Source: Eledone cirrhosa (taxonomy: Eukaryota). Taken from it: a DNA stretch of 64,000 bases. The stretch covers positions 7,440,001 to 7,504,000 of the forward strand of contig OZ024760.1 of the NCBI GenBank assembly GCA_964016885.1, written 5' to 3'. Below the pieces are notes generated by a model that saw only the letters and a program-made list of their open reading frames with translations, did not search any database and was not told the origin of the DNA. The stretch's first letter is position 1. Each line of letters opens with the position of its first letter. Of this stretch, positions 26,240-38,877 are shown piece after piece. The position numbers and the translations under genes were made by a program.

Positions 26240-26812
26240 GGGTGGTGGATTGGCAGTATCGGCAGAGCGTTGGACAACACGCTTTGAAGCATTGAGACAC
26301 GGCCCTTTACGTTCTGAGTTCAAATCCCACCGAGGTTAGCTTTGCCTTTCATCCATACAGGGTCGATAAAATAAAGCACTAGAAACATACTAGGTCGATT
26401 TAATCGACTTTCCCCTATCCTTAAATTGTTGGCCTTGTGCCTTTTGTAGAAATCATTATAGGTCTGCTCGATCAGGGCCTGACATAAGAGTGTGTGTGTG
26501 GGGGGGGGGGGTAAACAATAACACGAACTGGAGGGGAGATGTATTTTTAGGTACCGTAATCTAGTTCTAGATCAAATAATTGTTTCTGCTTTTGGTACAA
26601 AGCCAGCAATTTGAAGGGAATGGAGGAGGGGGGGGTCGATTAAATCGAACCCAATGCATTACTGGTACTTTATTTTATCGACCCCTCCCCTTCCGTAAGG
26701 ATGAAAGGCAAAGCTAATCTCGGCAGGATTTTAGCTCAGAACGTCAAGGGCCGGTAAATCTATGCCACAAAACATGTCCGGCGCTCTACCGATTGCTGCC
26801 AATCCACCGCCC
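26240..26812. mobile_element. Two SINE B copies in inverted orientation (26240-26458 +, 26575-26812 -)
   Basis: CAGGGTGGTGGATTGGCAG ... CTGCCAATCCACCGCCCTG. Confidence 0.85.
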
Positions 26813-27026
26813 TGGTCCTAGATGAAACAATACACTCTCTATGTCTGAAATTACAGACGATATGTACACAACTTAGCGTCTATAACAGACGAAGGTTTTT
26901 GGTAGATCCATGGCTGACTCGGAGCTAAACATTACGACGAAACATCAACGCCATCTATCGACGTAAATAGGTGCACTCCATGCACACACAAGCTCGATGA
27001 ACTCACCTGTTGAGGTAATTTTATAT

Positions 27027-27080
<54 letters not shown>

Positions 27081-28615
27081 TTAATATAGCCGAGAGACCC
27101 TGATATTAGTTAATATAGCCCAAGGATCCTGGCATGGGTTTTAGACTGCCCAGGGACTCTGATATGAGTTAACATAAAACAGGGACCTTGATATGAGTTA
27201 ATATAGACCAGGGACCCTGATATGAGTAAATATAGCCCAAGGACCGATATGGATTAATACAGCCCAAGGAACAATCGTAGTTAAAGGTCAGCAGAGACAG
27301 TCAGATAGACTTGCTCAGAGAATGTCAAGGACAGAGCAGAATGTCGCAATGAACGCTCCCTTCGGTGTCAAGCTACTGCGGGGGAAGGGGAGAGTTTCGG
27401 CGAGCTTTAGCTACCCGTAAAATGGAACGTGGCACCCCAGCCCGTAACCTGATTTTGGTGCTTGGAAACAGAGTAGGGCTTCAAAACATTCCAGTTAGAC
27501 ACTGTAATTCCCTCGGGGATTTTTTACCAGTTTCTTTGGGTCAATTTTTTGTTTGTTTGTTTAATTTCTTTGTTTTTGTTCTCAGAAGAAAGTTAATAAA
27601 GTAAAAATTCCAACGAAAGTATTTCAGGACGGTTTGACATTTAAACATTTTTTTTTAATATAGACTATTGTTTGTAATTTGAGGTTACACCATTAAAAAT
27701 AGTGACGGCAACAATGTGACCCAGGGCCCCCCATCACTTACACACACACCTGGTGTGGCACTCAGCAATTATGGGATAGGATAAAAGTAATAATAATTGT
27801 GTCTGTGTGTGAGAGAGAAAGAGAGAGAGAAAAAGTGAAGGAAGACGAGGAGAGACAGAGAGGACGGGGAGAGAGAAAGAGAAAAAGTGAGGGGGGGGGG
27901 GGGGGGGGAGAAGAGAGAGAGAGAGAGGGGGAAAGAAAGGAAGAGAGAGAGATTAAATGTAAAGCAAGTTTAAGTTAGGGTGGGCGTGTAAGACAATTTA
28001 GGAAGTGACAAGCTTTTCAAAGTAAGATTCTGTCATTGTCACTTCACAAAAACCACATTTGTTAAAGTAAACAAAGATCGTTGGTTTTATAAACGGGAAC
28101 TTCTACGAGGTCATTTAGCTTGCTAGAAACACCAGCCAAATCATCCCCCCCCCCCACCAAGTTGGATTATGTGGCCCTGGTTTCCCTGCACACTGTCAAA
28201 AAAAAAACCACCGGGATGATTACGGTTAGAATGCCTTTGATCCTAGGTCTGTCTGTTCGGTCAGTACTAACTAGCCTAGGGCTAAACAACAACAGCGACC
28301 AAAGTTCATTTCTATTGTTTATTTCTGTTGAGAATAGGTTCGACTGCCAAAAAACATAATATAAATAATATATATACACACACACATATATATATATATA
28401 AATATATATATACACACTCACACACACATATATATATATATATAAATATATATATACACACTCACACACACATATATATATATATATAAATATATATATA
28501 AAGAGAGTTGAGACCATACAGTATATCAAGACATTGTGTGTGTGTGTCCACCACAACGTCGAAAATGCGTGAACTCAGCCGTCAGGCACTAACTTTTGAC
28601 TATATATATATATCC

Positions 28616-28755
28616 AAGTAAAATTCCGTTATAACGAATACCATTATAACGAAAAAATTTTTCAATCCCCGGCTACACGTTCGATGTGTTAGGTTGATCT
28701 AGTTATAAAGAATTTTCCGTTACAACGAATTTTTTATACCCGTGAATTTCACTCT
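28616..28755. mobile_element. Degenerate pogo/Tigger-like MITE
   Basis: AGTAAAATTCCGTTATAACGAA ... GAATTTCACT termini in a TA-rich context. Confidence 0.45.
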
Positions 28756-30492
28756 CTCTCTCTCTCACTATATATATATAGAGAGAGAGAGGGGGGGCTG
28801 TAATTAGACATATTCGCAACTGTACCTATAAACAGGTAAATTAAATAGGTGTGTAGTGTAGTGTTTGCAGGTAGGTGGTACAATAAACCATTTAAACTTT
28901 AAACGCCCAACAAAATTAAACAAGAACCATTTCGTATTTTAAAGCAAAACGAGATCATAGCTTTCATAGCGAAAAGGTGAAACAGGGGATTGATACCTGG
29001 TGGTGTTCGTGCCTTTCCTCAATGGCCTTAACAACGTTAAAGGAGGTTAAATAAATGGCTTCAACATGAGATCTGTTATGGATGACAATCACATTTAGGA
29101 TAGAGGGTAGTATGACTATGAAGGAGTGATGCTAGAGCTGTGAAAGCTTGCATGCATTAATTTCAACTCTTCTTTCAAATCCCGCCAAGGTTAACTTTGC
29201 CTTTCATCCTTACGGGGTCGATAAAATAAAGTACCAGCAATGTACTGGGTAATTGCTGGCCTGTGCCTAAAGTAGAAACAATTAATTTCAACTCTTATTA
29301 ATAATAACTGCATTTACATTGTTTCTTTCCGGGGACTATGTTGAAAAAAAAAAACCTCATTTGGTCATTCCATGAGAGTATCTTGGTCAGCTGATGAACT
29401 TTTTTTCTGCCGACCTTAATATTTCGACTGATACCTTATTTTTTTTTTATCGACCCCAGAAGGATGAAGGCAAATCTGATATCGGCTGAGTTTGAAATCG
29501 GAGAATAAATGGTTCGAACTAAATATCGATTTATAATTTAGGCACAAGGCCAGCAATTTTTTTTTGGGGGGGGGGGGGGGGATTAAATCAACCCCGATAC
29601 TTAAATCGTAACTTTATTTTATCTCAACTCCAATACTTAACTGGTACTTTATTATATCATCCCAGTACTTAACTGGTACCTTCTTTTATGGAAGGATGAC
29701 AAGCAGAGCTAATCTCCATATCATTTAAACTCGGAGATTAAGTAAATAGTTGGAACTATTATAAACTAAACCACGCAAGATATTGTAACCTCGGTGAGAT
29801 TTGAACTCTAGACGTAAAACTTAAACACCGACATTCTCTCTTAACTTACTCATAATATTGTTATTATTTAACCACAATTGAGACACCATAGATGTGTGTA
29901 ATAATGATAGTAATAATGATTTCATTTATTGGCCACAATATGATAGTAATAATGATTTCATTTATTGGCCACAAAACCACAACCATCCGGTTGATTTTGT
30001 TCCGCTTATGGTTTGTCTGTTCGTTCCGGATATAAAGTTTCTAAGACTACATTATCCTAGATACATGTTTCTTCGTCATTTTAAGAAAGTAGAACATGTT
30101 TTTAGGACGATTTGTATGCTATTTCTAGCCGACCGAACGACCACAAACACTTATAATGATGATAGCGATAATTGTTTCTACTTTAGGCACAAGGCCAGCA
30201 ATTACCCAGTGCATTACTGGTACTTTATTTTATCGACCCCGTAAGGATGAAGGGCAAAGTTGACCTCGGCGGGATTTGAACTCAGAATGGCAAGGGCCGT
30301 AACTCTATGCGTCAAAGCATGGCGTCCGACCCTCTACCGATACTGCCAATCCACCAATAATGATGATGGTTGATGGTTACAAACCTACACACATTTATAC
30401 ATGGTAGAGGGGAATATATATATATATATATATGGAACTAACTGTTGAAATTACAAGAGCTCAGCCGCCGGGTCCCAAATCGTTATAATACG

Positions 30493-30533
<41 letters not shown>

Positions 30534-30540
30534 TATCCCC

Positions 30541-30623
30541 GTGCCGAAGAAGAGCCAGTTTAAAAGTGCTTCCTGTAATATACAATGGTGGCCGTAACTG
30601 GACCCTGAAACCAATGGTCGCAC
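30541..30623 (+). ncRNA. Degenerate hammerhead motif with long stem II
   Basis: GTGC-CGAAGA-AGAGCCAGTT...AACTGGACCCT-GAAA-CCAATGG-TC-GCAC; core lacks U4. Confidence 0.4.
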
Positions 30624-30715
30624 ATACATGTTAAGTGTATTAAACTTTGTTTATACTATATATATATATATATATATAATGTAATTAAGGAAAAGTAGAT
30701 GTAAAATGTTGAGTA

Positions 30716-30767
<52 letters not shown>

Positions 30768-32416
30768 TTATATGCATATATATATACGTGTATAAATACA
30801 TACACCACATGTATATATATATATATACAAGGCCAGAAAATTAGAGGGGGGGGGGGCACAAAGTTGATTGAATTAATCTCCTAGTACTTCACTGGTATAT
30901 TTCTTTTTATTTCTTTTAATTTTATCGATTTATTTACCCTATAGCTGATATTATCTATCGATCGCAACTCCTGGCAGATAAATAAAATAAATAAAATCTT
31001 AAAATAAAATAAATTAAAATTAAATAAAAAAATTAAAATAAAATTAAATAAAACCAACCGGCAGGAGACCCAGAAGTAGACCCACAACGAGCAAGATGGT
31101 TAGATAACATGCATGATTTTAGCTGGTCTCTTCTTGGAGATCCAGTCGGATCAATTAGAGACGGTTGCTGGAAGGACCCGCTGGAAGGGGTGTTTGAGGA
31201 CTTTGCCTCACACACGACCAGGAATAACTGGGTGAACAAGATGTGATATAACATCCGTGAGCTCTGCTCGTAACACTTGGGGATCTAACCGGATCAATTG
31301 GAGTTAGTTGGTTCTGCAAAGACCTGCTGGAAGGAGTGTTTCAGGTCTCTGTCTCCCACGACGACCCTTCCAGGAATAAGTGGGCGAAGAAGAAGAAGAA
31401 GAAGAAGAAGAAGAAACAAAACCAACTGGCAGGAGACCCAGAGGTAGACCCACCCCAAGCAAGATGGTTGGATAACATTCGTGAACTCGGTTGATCACGC
31501 TTGGGGATCCAGCCAGATAAATTGGAGACGGTTGTTTCTGATAGGACCCTCAGGTAGGAGTGTTTGAAGAGGACCCTGACTTCCCACGACCCTCCTAGGA
31601 ACACCTGGGCGAAGATGACATAAAATAAAATAAAATAAAATAAAATAAAATAAAGCCTGTCTCACCTTTTTCTGTTTGTGTTTGTGTTTTTTCTCTGAAG
31701 TAATAATAATGTCCTCTCAGGTGTACAAACATGAGAAATAAGTCTAGGATCGTTCAGGTAATAATGATAACAATAATATTGATAGTAATAATGATTATAA
31801 TATCGATCATGTATTATTTCTGGTGGTAGTCCCATCGACATGACAGTAACAACAATTATTTATAATATTCTAGACGAAAAGAAAGGTTTAAACCACGACA
31901 CACTTTCAATAAAGTTACAAATATTTCTTCATAGTTTTATAAAAACCCAGCAATATATATTATTAAGGCAGTACCTCTTTCTCTGTACACATAATATATA
32001 TAAATGTATATATATATTATATTATATATGTATATAATTGTTAATTATGGTAGTAAACACACGTTGATATATATATATATAATGGTGTGTTTGTTGTTGT
32101 TGTTGTTGTCTATTGCTGATGTGGCGGCCTGTAGCAATAAACTCGAAGACTGCCATGTTCGGGACACTGTGTATGTATGTGTTTCTGTGTACGTGTATCT
32201 ATGTGTTTCTGTGTACGTGTATATGTGTGTGTGTGCGTATAATGTATAGGTGTGAAGCGGGCGTGTGTGTATAATGTATAGGTTTATAGCATGTGTGTGT
32301 GTGTGTGTATTGTATTGTACATGTAGTGTGCGTCTATAATGTGTAGTATGTGTGTATAATGTATATAGTCATATGTGTATGTGTATATTCGTCTGTGTGT
32401 GTTTGTGGTTGTCTGG

Positions 32417-32428
32417 TGTCACGTGACA
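32417..32428. promoter_or_regulatory. Perfect CLEAR/E-box palindrome TGTCACGTGACA in a CpG-enriched segment upstream of the golgin gene
   Basis: Exact GTCACGTGAC; YY1-like AACATGGC on the minus strand near 32152-32159. Confidence 0.35.
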
Positions 32429-33212
32429 ACACAATTCCAGGTAGCCTGTTCTCATTTTACCTTCTTAGCTCCTCCTCCCTCTCTCACGCGACACCCTCTC
32501 TCTCTCTCTTTCTCACGAAACCCCCTCTCTTATTCTCGCGTACTTACACCCGCTTTCTCTCTCTTTTACTCCTCCTCTTCTTCGCCTTACTTCTCTCACG
32601 CGACACTCCTGCCACTCTCTCTGTCTCTTGCATTATTCCTTCTATATCCTCTCCCTCTGTATCTATTACGCTTAGATGTTTACTCTCCCTCTCTCTCTTG
32701 CTATCATTTGTTCTCTCTTTTTTTTTTATTAACGAAAGAGAGAGAGAAATGGAAAGGAAGTGAGAAAGAAACAGAAAATACAGAGATATACACACAGGTT
32801 AAGTGAGCGTTAAAGAGAAAAAGATAGGTAGATAGGTAGATAGAGAGATAGAAAGGTAGATAGAGAGATAGATAGATTGACAGGTAGATACGTAGAGAGA
32901 GTGAGAGAGAAAGTGGAGCGTTAACGAGACAAAGATAGGTAGAGAGAGGGGGGGGGGCGGAGAAATATAAAAACAGATAAGTGAGCGTTAAAAAGAGAAG
33001 GATAGATATAGAGAGAGGGAGTATCACCGCTAGATATTAAGGAGATTTTCCCTGATCTGTAAAACTATTTAAATACCACAGACTTGGGTCTTTTATAAGA
33101 GTTTGTCGTTGTTTAAATCAATCCCCCCAACCCTCATCCTTGAAGTCAAATCTGATGAAACTATCCCCGACCTTTCAAAATTTAAAGGAGACTACATAAT
33201 CAAATGTGTAGG

Positions 33213-33492
33213 CAGAGGCATAACTAAGGAAAATAGCCCCTATGGCAAGCAGGGAAATTGCGACCCTGCCCAGCACTGTATTTTTACCTATGGACGTAAT
33301 AATCTATATAAATGGTTTAATGATCCAGCCACCATAGTATTCTCTCCCATGATAATCAGAGACAGGACATACATCTGAAGGAGTTTCTTTTTTCACTCTC
33401 CGACGAGGCTTACTTGATTTTAATAGAACGTGCTCCTAATCCAGGTGGCGCCCATGGCATGTCTTCCTTGCTATACCCTAATTACGCCTCTG
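33213..33492. mobile_element. hAT-like MITE, 280 bp
   Basis: TIRs CAGAGGCATAACTAAGG / CCCTAAATTACGCCTCTG; degenerate 8-bp flanks TGTGTAGG/TTTATGGG. Confidence 0.7.
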
Positions 33493-33929
33493 TTTATGGG
33501 TGAATGCGTGTATGTGACTGTTTTTCTTTTCTTTTCTTTTCTTCGCCTTTTCAAACTCTCTTCTTCACACGAGTTCCAGTCAAGATAAATATTCTTCTCT
33601 TCCTTCCTCCCACATCCCAAATGCTTGTCATGGGATCAGAGACCCCATGACAAGCATTCCAGAGACTTCTAGCAGAAATAACCTTCACCATATGGTTTGG
33701 TTGTTGGATCCCCAGCCTATAGACCGACCAATCTTATGGATGTTAATCCAACTATTTTTACCCATGGTCTGTCTACCCCTAGGTCACCAGTCCTGTGATT
33801 CTTTCATGACATTCTAACCACGTGTCTGTAGTACCAGAGCTATGATCCCTCAATTCGAAGTAGTAGATAAACTTTTTTTAAATATTTAAATACGTGTAGA
33901 ATAATAAAAAATATAATGAAAAATAAAGA

Positions 33930-34612
33930 AACAGTATAGAGTTACGCCCCTTTATTTTCTGAGTTTAAATCCCGCCGAGGTTAACTTTGCTTTTCATCCT
34001 TACGGGATCAACAAAATAAAGCACCTGTAACGAACTGGGGATCTATTTAATAGACTTTCCTCAAAAATTGTTGGCCTTGTGCCTAAATCAAATATCATTT
34101 TTAAACGATAGAGTTATGGCCCTTTATATTCTGAGTTCAAATCCGCTGAAGTTAACTTTGCCTTTCATCCTTACCGGGTCGATAATATAAAGTACCAGTA
34201 ATACACTGAAATAGGCAGTATCGGTAGAGAGTCGGACGCCATGCTTTGTAGCATAGAGTTACGGTCCTTTATGATCTGAGTTCAAATCCCGCCGAGGTTA
34301 ACTTTGCCTTTCATCCTTACGGGGTCGATAAAATAAAGTACCAGTAATACAGTAGGATAATTGCTGGCCTTGTGCCAAAAGTAGAAACAATTATTAAACG
34401 ATAGAATAAATTAGTATATAAATAATAAATATAATGTATAATAAAGAAACAGCATAGAGTTAACGCCCCTTTACGTTCTGAGTTCAAGTCCCACCAGGGT
34501 TAGCTTTGCTTTTCATCCTTACAGGGATCGATGAAATAAAATACCAGTAACGCACTGGGGCTGATTTAATCAACTTTCCTCTTCTCTTCTCTTCAAATTG
34601 CTGGCCTATTCT
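33930..34612 (+). mobile_element. Tandem cluster of four SINE B copies
   Basis: Repeated GAGTTCAAATCCCGCCGAGGTTAACTTTGCCTTTCATCC. Confidence 0.85.
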
Positions 34613-35598
34613 AAATATTGTTACTGTCGTCAGACCTGGAATAAAAGGCATTCCGACACACTCCTCTCCAGGGTCATATAAACTCTTTTCGGGCCCTTCT
34701 GACATTTTAATTTTTCACCCCACTGGTCTGTAGTCAGGGCCAGACTTTCACTGCTGAGGCTTTAAGATATATGAAATTTGAAGCCCTTCTCTAAAAAAAA
34801 ACATTTGGGTAAATGTAGAACAAATTTTGTATAAATATCAAAGGGTTTAGAGCACTTGGTCCATAAGACGAGTTAAGTATTGTAACTTCTTATATATATG
34901 TGTGTGTGTGCGTGAGTGTGTGTGTATAACTATGTGTTCTTGCACTCTTTACAAATTATTCCCTATCAATGTTTGATATGTCTTTTTATATATATATCTC
35001 AATTCCCTTTTAATAAATGCTTGAATCTATTCATTAGAATCTTTGAGCTTTGTCTACAAGTGATATGGCACAAATCTGTGATTTTCTCAGACATGACTTC
35101 TATAAGTTTGTTAGTATTCGGTGCCTTGGCAGTATCGGTAGAGGGTCGGACGTCATGCTTTGACGCATAGAGTTACGGCCCTTTCCATTCTCAGTTCAAA
35201 TCCCTCCGAGGTTAGCTTTGCCTTTCATTCTTACTTGGTAGATAAAATAAAGTACCAGTAATGTACTGGGTAATTGCTGGCCTTGTGCCAAAAAGTAGAA
35301 ACAATTATTTCTCTTTACATTCTGATTTCAAATCCCGCCGAGGTTAGCTTTGCCTTTCATTCTTACTTGGTCGATAAAATAAAGTACCAGTAATGTACTG
35401 GGTAATTGCTGGCCTTGTGCCAAAAGTATTAATATATATATTTCGTTTTTGTATTCGTTTTGCGAAACTTCTTATCTGAAAATGTATGTTGAAACAGATA
35501 TTGTAATACTTTGGAAGGGTCATGCCACCAATAAAAAAATACCTCCACCTGTTCGTTTTCACTTGAATTTATTACATATTTCCAGTTGTTTATTTATT

Positions 35599-35641
35599 GT
35601 CAAAGCTCTTTCATCACACATGCTGTGACCTCCTCAGTGAC
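35599..35641 (-). ncRNA. Hammerhead motif, same family as the 22.8-kb hairpin
   Basis: GTCA-CTGAGGA-G-GTCACA gcatg TGTGAT-GAAA-GAGC-TT-TGAC. Confidence 0.55.
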
Positions 35642-36330
35642 TAATTTGTTATTTTGTGTCTCTCCATTGTTCTGTCCTACACCAATATATATATATATAT
35701 ATATATGATGACAGAGAAGGACTACCTTGAGGAGAAGAATATGGAAGTGGAAAGACCCCACAGCCAGTAAAAGGAACCAAATAAATATATTTAAAAAAAA
35801 AAAAGTTGCATTTTCGATTTCATCTTTTTTCCTTATATACATATATATATATATCATCATCATCATCATCATCAGGTTTAGCGTCCGTGTTCCACGCTTG
35901 CATGGGTTTGGACGGGGGTTTTCCCACTTGAGGCAAGAGTGGTTGTCTTGCTCGCATAGGACTGTCTGGCGGGTTTTCTACAGTTGGATGCCCTTCCTAA
36001 CACCAACCACATTTACAGTGTGGGGCTGGGAGGTTTTTACCGTGTTGCCTACACGGCCACATTTACAGCATGGACTGTGTGTTTTTTGTCGTGACACCTA
36101 CACGATCTCATTTGTTTCGGCCTGGATGTTGTGGAACCAACATAACTTTACATAAAGGGGCGGTGTGGGTGGGGTGGAGGTGGTGGGACGGGGGTGTGTT
36201 TTGATAGAGGAAGGACTACCTTGAGGAGAAGAATATGGAAGTGGAAAGACCTCACAGCCAGTAAAAGGAACCAAATAAATATATTTTTTTTTTTTTTAAA
36301 AGTTGCATTTTCGATTTCATCTTTTTTCCT

Positions 36331-36375
<45 letters not shown>

Positions 36376-36480
36376 ATAGAAATTTCGTATCTCCAAAGAA
36401 ATCCGGTTTTAGGAAGCCGTAACTATGCAAACACCGGGGGACTAACGCCCTTTGGTGTTGTCCAGCAGAAGCAGGGGGAC

Positions 36481-36525
36481 AACCGTCTATGCATTTCAGG
36501 CTTGACTGGCCATCATCAGGATGAT
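36481..36525 (-). ncRNA. Minimal hammerhead motif with palindromic TGCA loop III
   Basis: ATCATC-CTGATGA-TGGC cagtcaa GCCT-GAAA-TGCA-TA-GACGGTT. Confidence 0.5.
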
Positions 36526-36569
36526 CCTGTCTCGCCATTGTTCTGTCCTACACCAATATATATATATGA

Positions 36570-36815
36570 CGACAGAGTAGGACTACCTTGAGGAGAAGAA
36601 TATGGCAGTTGAAAGACCCCACAGCCAGTAACAAAATTAAAAGCGTATTACTTGATGCTTTTGATAGTAAGGAAGAGCAATTAGAGACGTACAATATAGA
36701 GGAACAGTGGGCATTCTTGAAAGTTAACCTGCTGAAGGCGACAGATGAAATTTGTGGTTGGAGCAGACCTATAGGCAGGAGAGTAACTTGGTGGTGGAAC
36801 AGTAAGGTGGAAGAG
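36570..36815 (+). mobile_element. RTE LINE internal fragment (endonuclease-RT linker); partial duplicates at 35709 and 36205
   Basis: RRRIWQLKDP...IEEQWAFLK...ATDEICGWSR...TWWWNSKVEE. Confidence 0.75.
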
Positions 36816-37429
36816 ATGATGATGATGATGATGATATATATATGTATATATAACAGAAACATGGTTATGAAAGGGTTAATAATCATTTCATAATGTATGT
36901 TCAGATTTATTAGATCAAGGCATTATTTAATACAATGTTTATGGATGAGAATAAAACTGTTCTTTAGAACCTTGGTCCCTTATATCTTTTGTTTACTCTG
37001 CCTCCTTCTCCTTCGGGAGTAGGGGTGGGGAATGAGAAGATAACAGATTGGGGCAGTCGTAACTTTGGTCCTTTGGTCCCTTTATACCAATGAAATAATA
37101 ATTCTACTTCTTTTTCTTTTCTTTTCTTTTCTCTTCCTCCTCGGAGGGGGGGGGGGTAATGAGGAGATAACAGTGGGGGGCAGGGGGCAGTTGTAACTAA
37201 ATATTGCAAAGCATTTTATCTGATGCTCTACCGATTCTGCCAGTCCCACTCCATCCTGGAGAGAGAGGGGGGGGGATAAGGGATGTATGGATTTATGGAT
37301 GAGGAAGGTGAGGTTTTGAGAAGGTTCAAATGAAAGTAAAGTTTGTGGTGGGAGTGGTGAAACACAGGGGAAGAAGGATCATAAATAAATATTGAGATAA
37401 CAAGGGCAGTAGTGTAGGGACAGTGATAT

Positions 37430-37952
37430 GATAGAGTGAGGGGTGTAGTTATTTATAGTGACACCCTAGATATTTTTGAAGGGAAGGGGTGTTGATATAT
37501 AAACATCTCAGATGGCAGGGTGGGGTGTAGTTAGTTATAGTAACACCTCAGATATTTTGAAGGTGAAGGGGTTTTAGTTATAGTAAAACCCAAGATATTT
37601 TGAAGGGGTGAGTGTAGTTATATTAAACCCCATATATTTTGTAGGGGTGGAGTTATAGTTATATTAAAACCTCAGATATTTTGAAGGGGTGGAATATAGT
37701 TATATTAAACCCCATATATTTTGTAGGGGTGAGGTTGTAGTTATATTAAAACCCCAGATATTTTGAAGGGGTGGAATATAGTTATATTAAAACCCCATAT
37801 ATTTTGAAGGGGTCAGGATCTAGTTAGTTATATTAAAGCCTCGAGTGTATTGAAGGGAATGGGATTTAGTTAGTTATATTACAACCCTGGATATTTTGAA
37901 GGGGTAGGTGTAATTAGTTATATTAAAACCCCAAATATTTTGAAGGGGTGGG
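37430..37952. repeat. Degenerate ~40-bp minisatellite
   Basis: TAGTTATATTAAAACCCCAGATATTTTGAAGGGGT repeats. Confidence 0.8.
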
Positions 37953-38054
37953 TTGCCTGTGACATCACTGGTGCTAAGCTGTATCAATCTTTGGATTTTT
38001 CTTGGACAACATCAATAATGTGGAGAGGGAGGAGGAAAGAGACTTGCATGCATG

Positions 38055-38320
38055 GGTCACTACTGGGTTTTACACAAAACACCTTTACTCAGTCCGACAC
38101 CCTGGTGTGGAACTTTCTAGATGTACAGTGAGTCACTACTGGGTTTTACACAAAACACCTTTACTCAGGCCAACACCCTGGTGTGGAACTTTCTAGATGT
38201 ACAGTGAGTCACTACTTCTCTTACACAAAACACCTTTACTCAAGCCAACACCCTGGTGTGGAACTTTCTAGATGTACAGTGAGTCACTACTGCTCTTACA
38301 CAAAACACCTTTACTCAGGA
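38055..38320. repeat. ~76-bp tandem repeat, ~3.5 copies
   Basis: CACCCTGGTGTGGAACTTTCTAGATGTACAGTGAGTCACTACT x3. Confidence 0.9.
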
Positions 38321-38476
38321 ATAACCTAATGTTGTTGTTCATGATGTTGATGAAAGTAATGTAACTGAATGGATAAATGGTGGCTGGTGGTAGTTGGTTA
38401 GATATATATATATATTTACAGAACAAGGTTGACATGGATCTAGGTAGGTAGGTGGGTAAGGAGGGAGCTTTTAAAG

Positions 38477-38675
38477 CAAGCATGTCAAACTGTGGGTCCC
38501 CCGAAGACCACATGGGCCACATATGTGTTGTCTGAGGGCCACACATGACAACTAATTGAGCACATTACAACTATTTTTTTTCACTTTATATTACAAAGAT
38601 AAAACATGCTCGTGCTGTAAAAATCTTTGTGGGCCACAGGTGAGCTTGTAAAGGGCTGCATGTTTGACATGCCTG
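38477..38675. mobile_element. hAT-Charlie-like MITE
   Basis: TIRs CAAGCATGTCAAAC / GTTTGACATGCCTG; 8-bp flanks TTTTAAAG/CTTCAAAG. Confidence 0.8.
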
Positions 38676-38877
38676 CTTCAAAGAGCATTGGAGGCAGGGT
38701 TTCACTGTCTAACATGTTTCTGCTCTCCTTCCTACTCTTTCTCCTCCTCACCCCTGTTACCTCTAGGTAGGTAAATAGGTAGACATGAGAGAGCTATGAA
38801 GGAGGGTCTATGGTGGGCTGTTGGGGGTGTTGTTCCACGGTCTCCCACTTCCGCCTCTCATCCTCACCCTTGTTGCT

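Noticed and set aside
25057-27020. Additional golgin 5'UTR exons (25057-25142; donor-like sites near 26068 and 27006)
   Set aside because: Plausible splice signals but no coding or transcript evidence to support them
27300-27535. GC-richer unique segment as a structured ncRNA (7SK, RNase P/MRP, telomerase RNA)
   Set aside because: None of the diagnostic motifs found; the 5' part reads like a decayed RTE end (KDRAECR)
33103-33378. 91-aa protein-like ORF
   Set aside because: Non-ATG start, runs into a MITE, no recognisable domain or splice context
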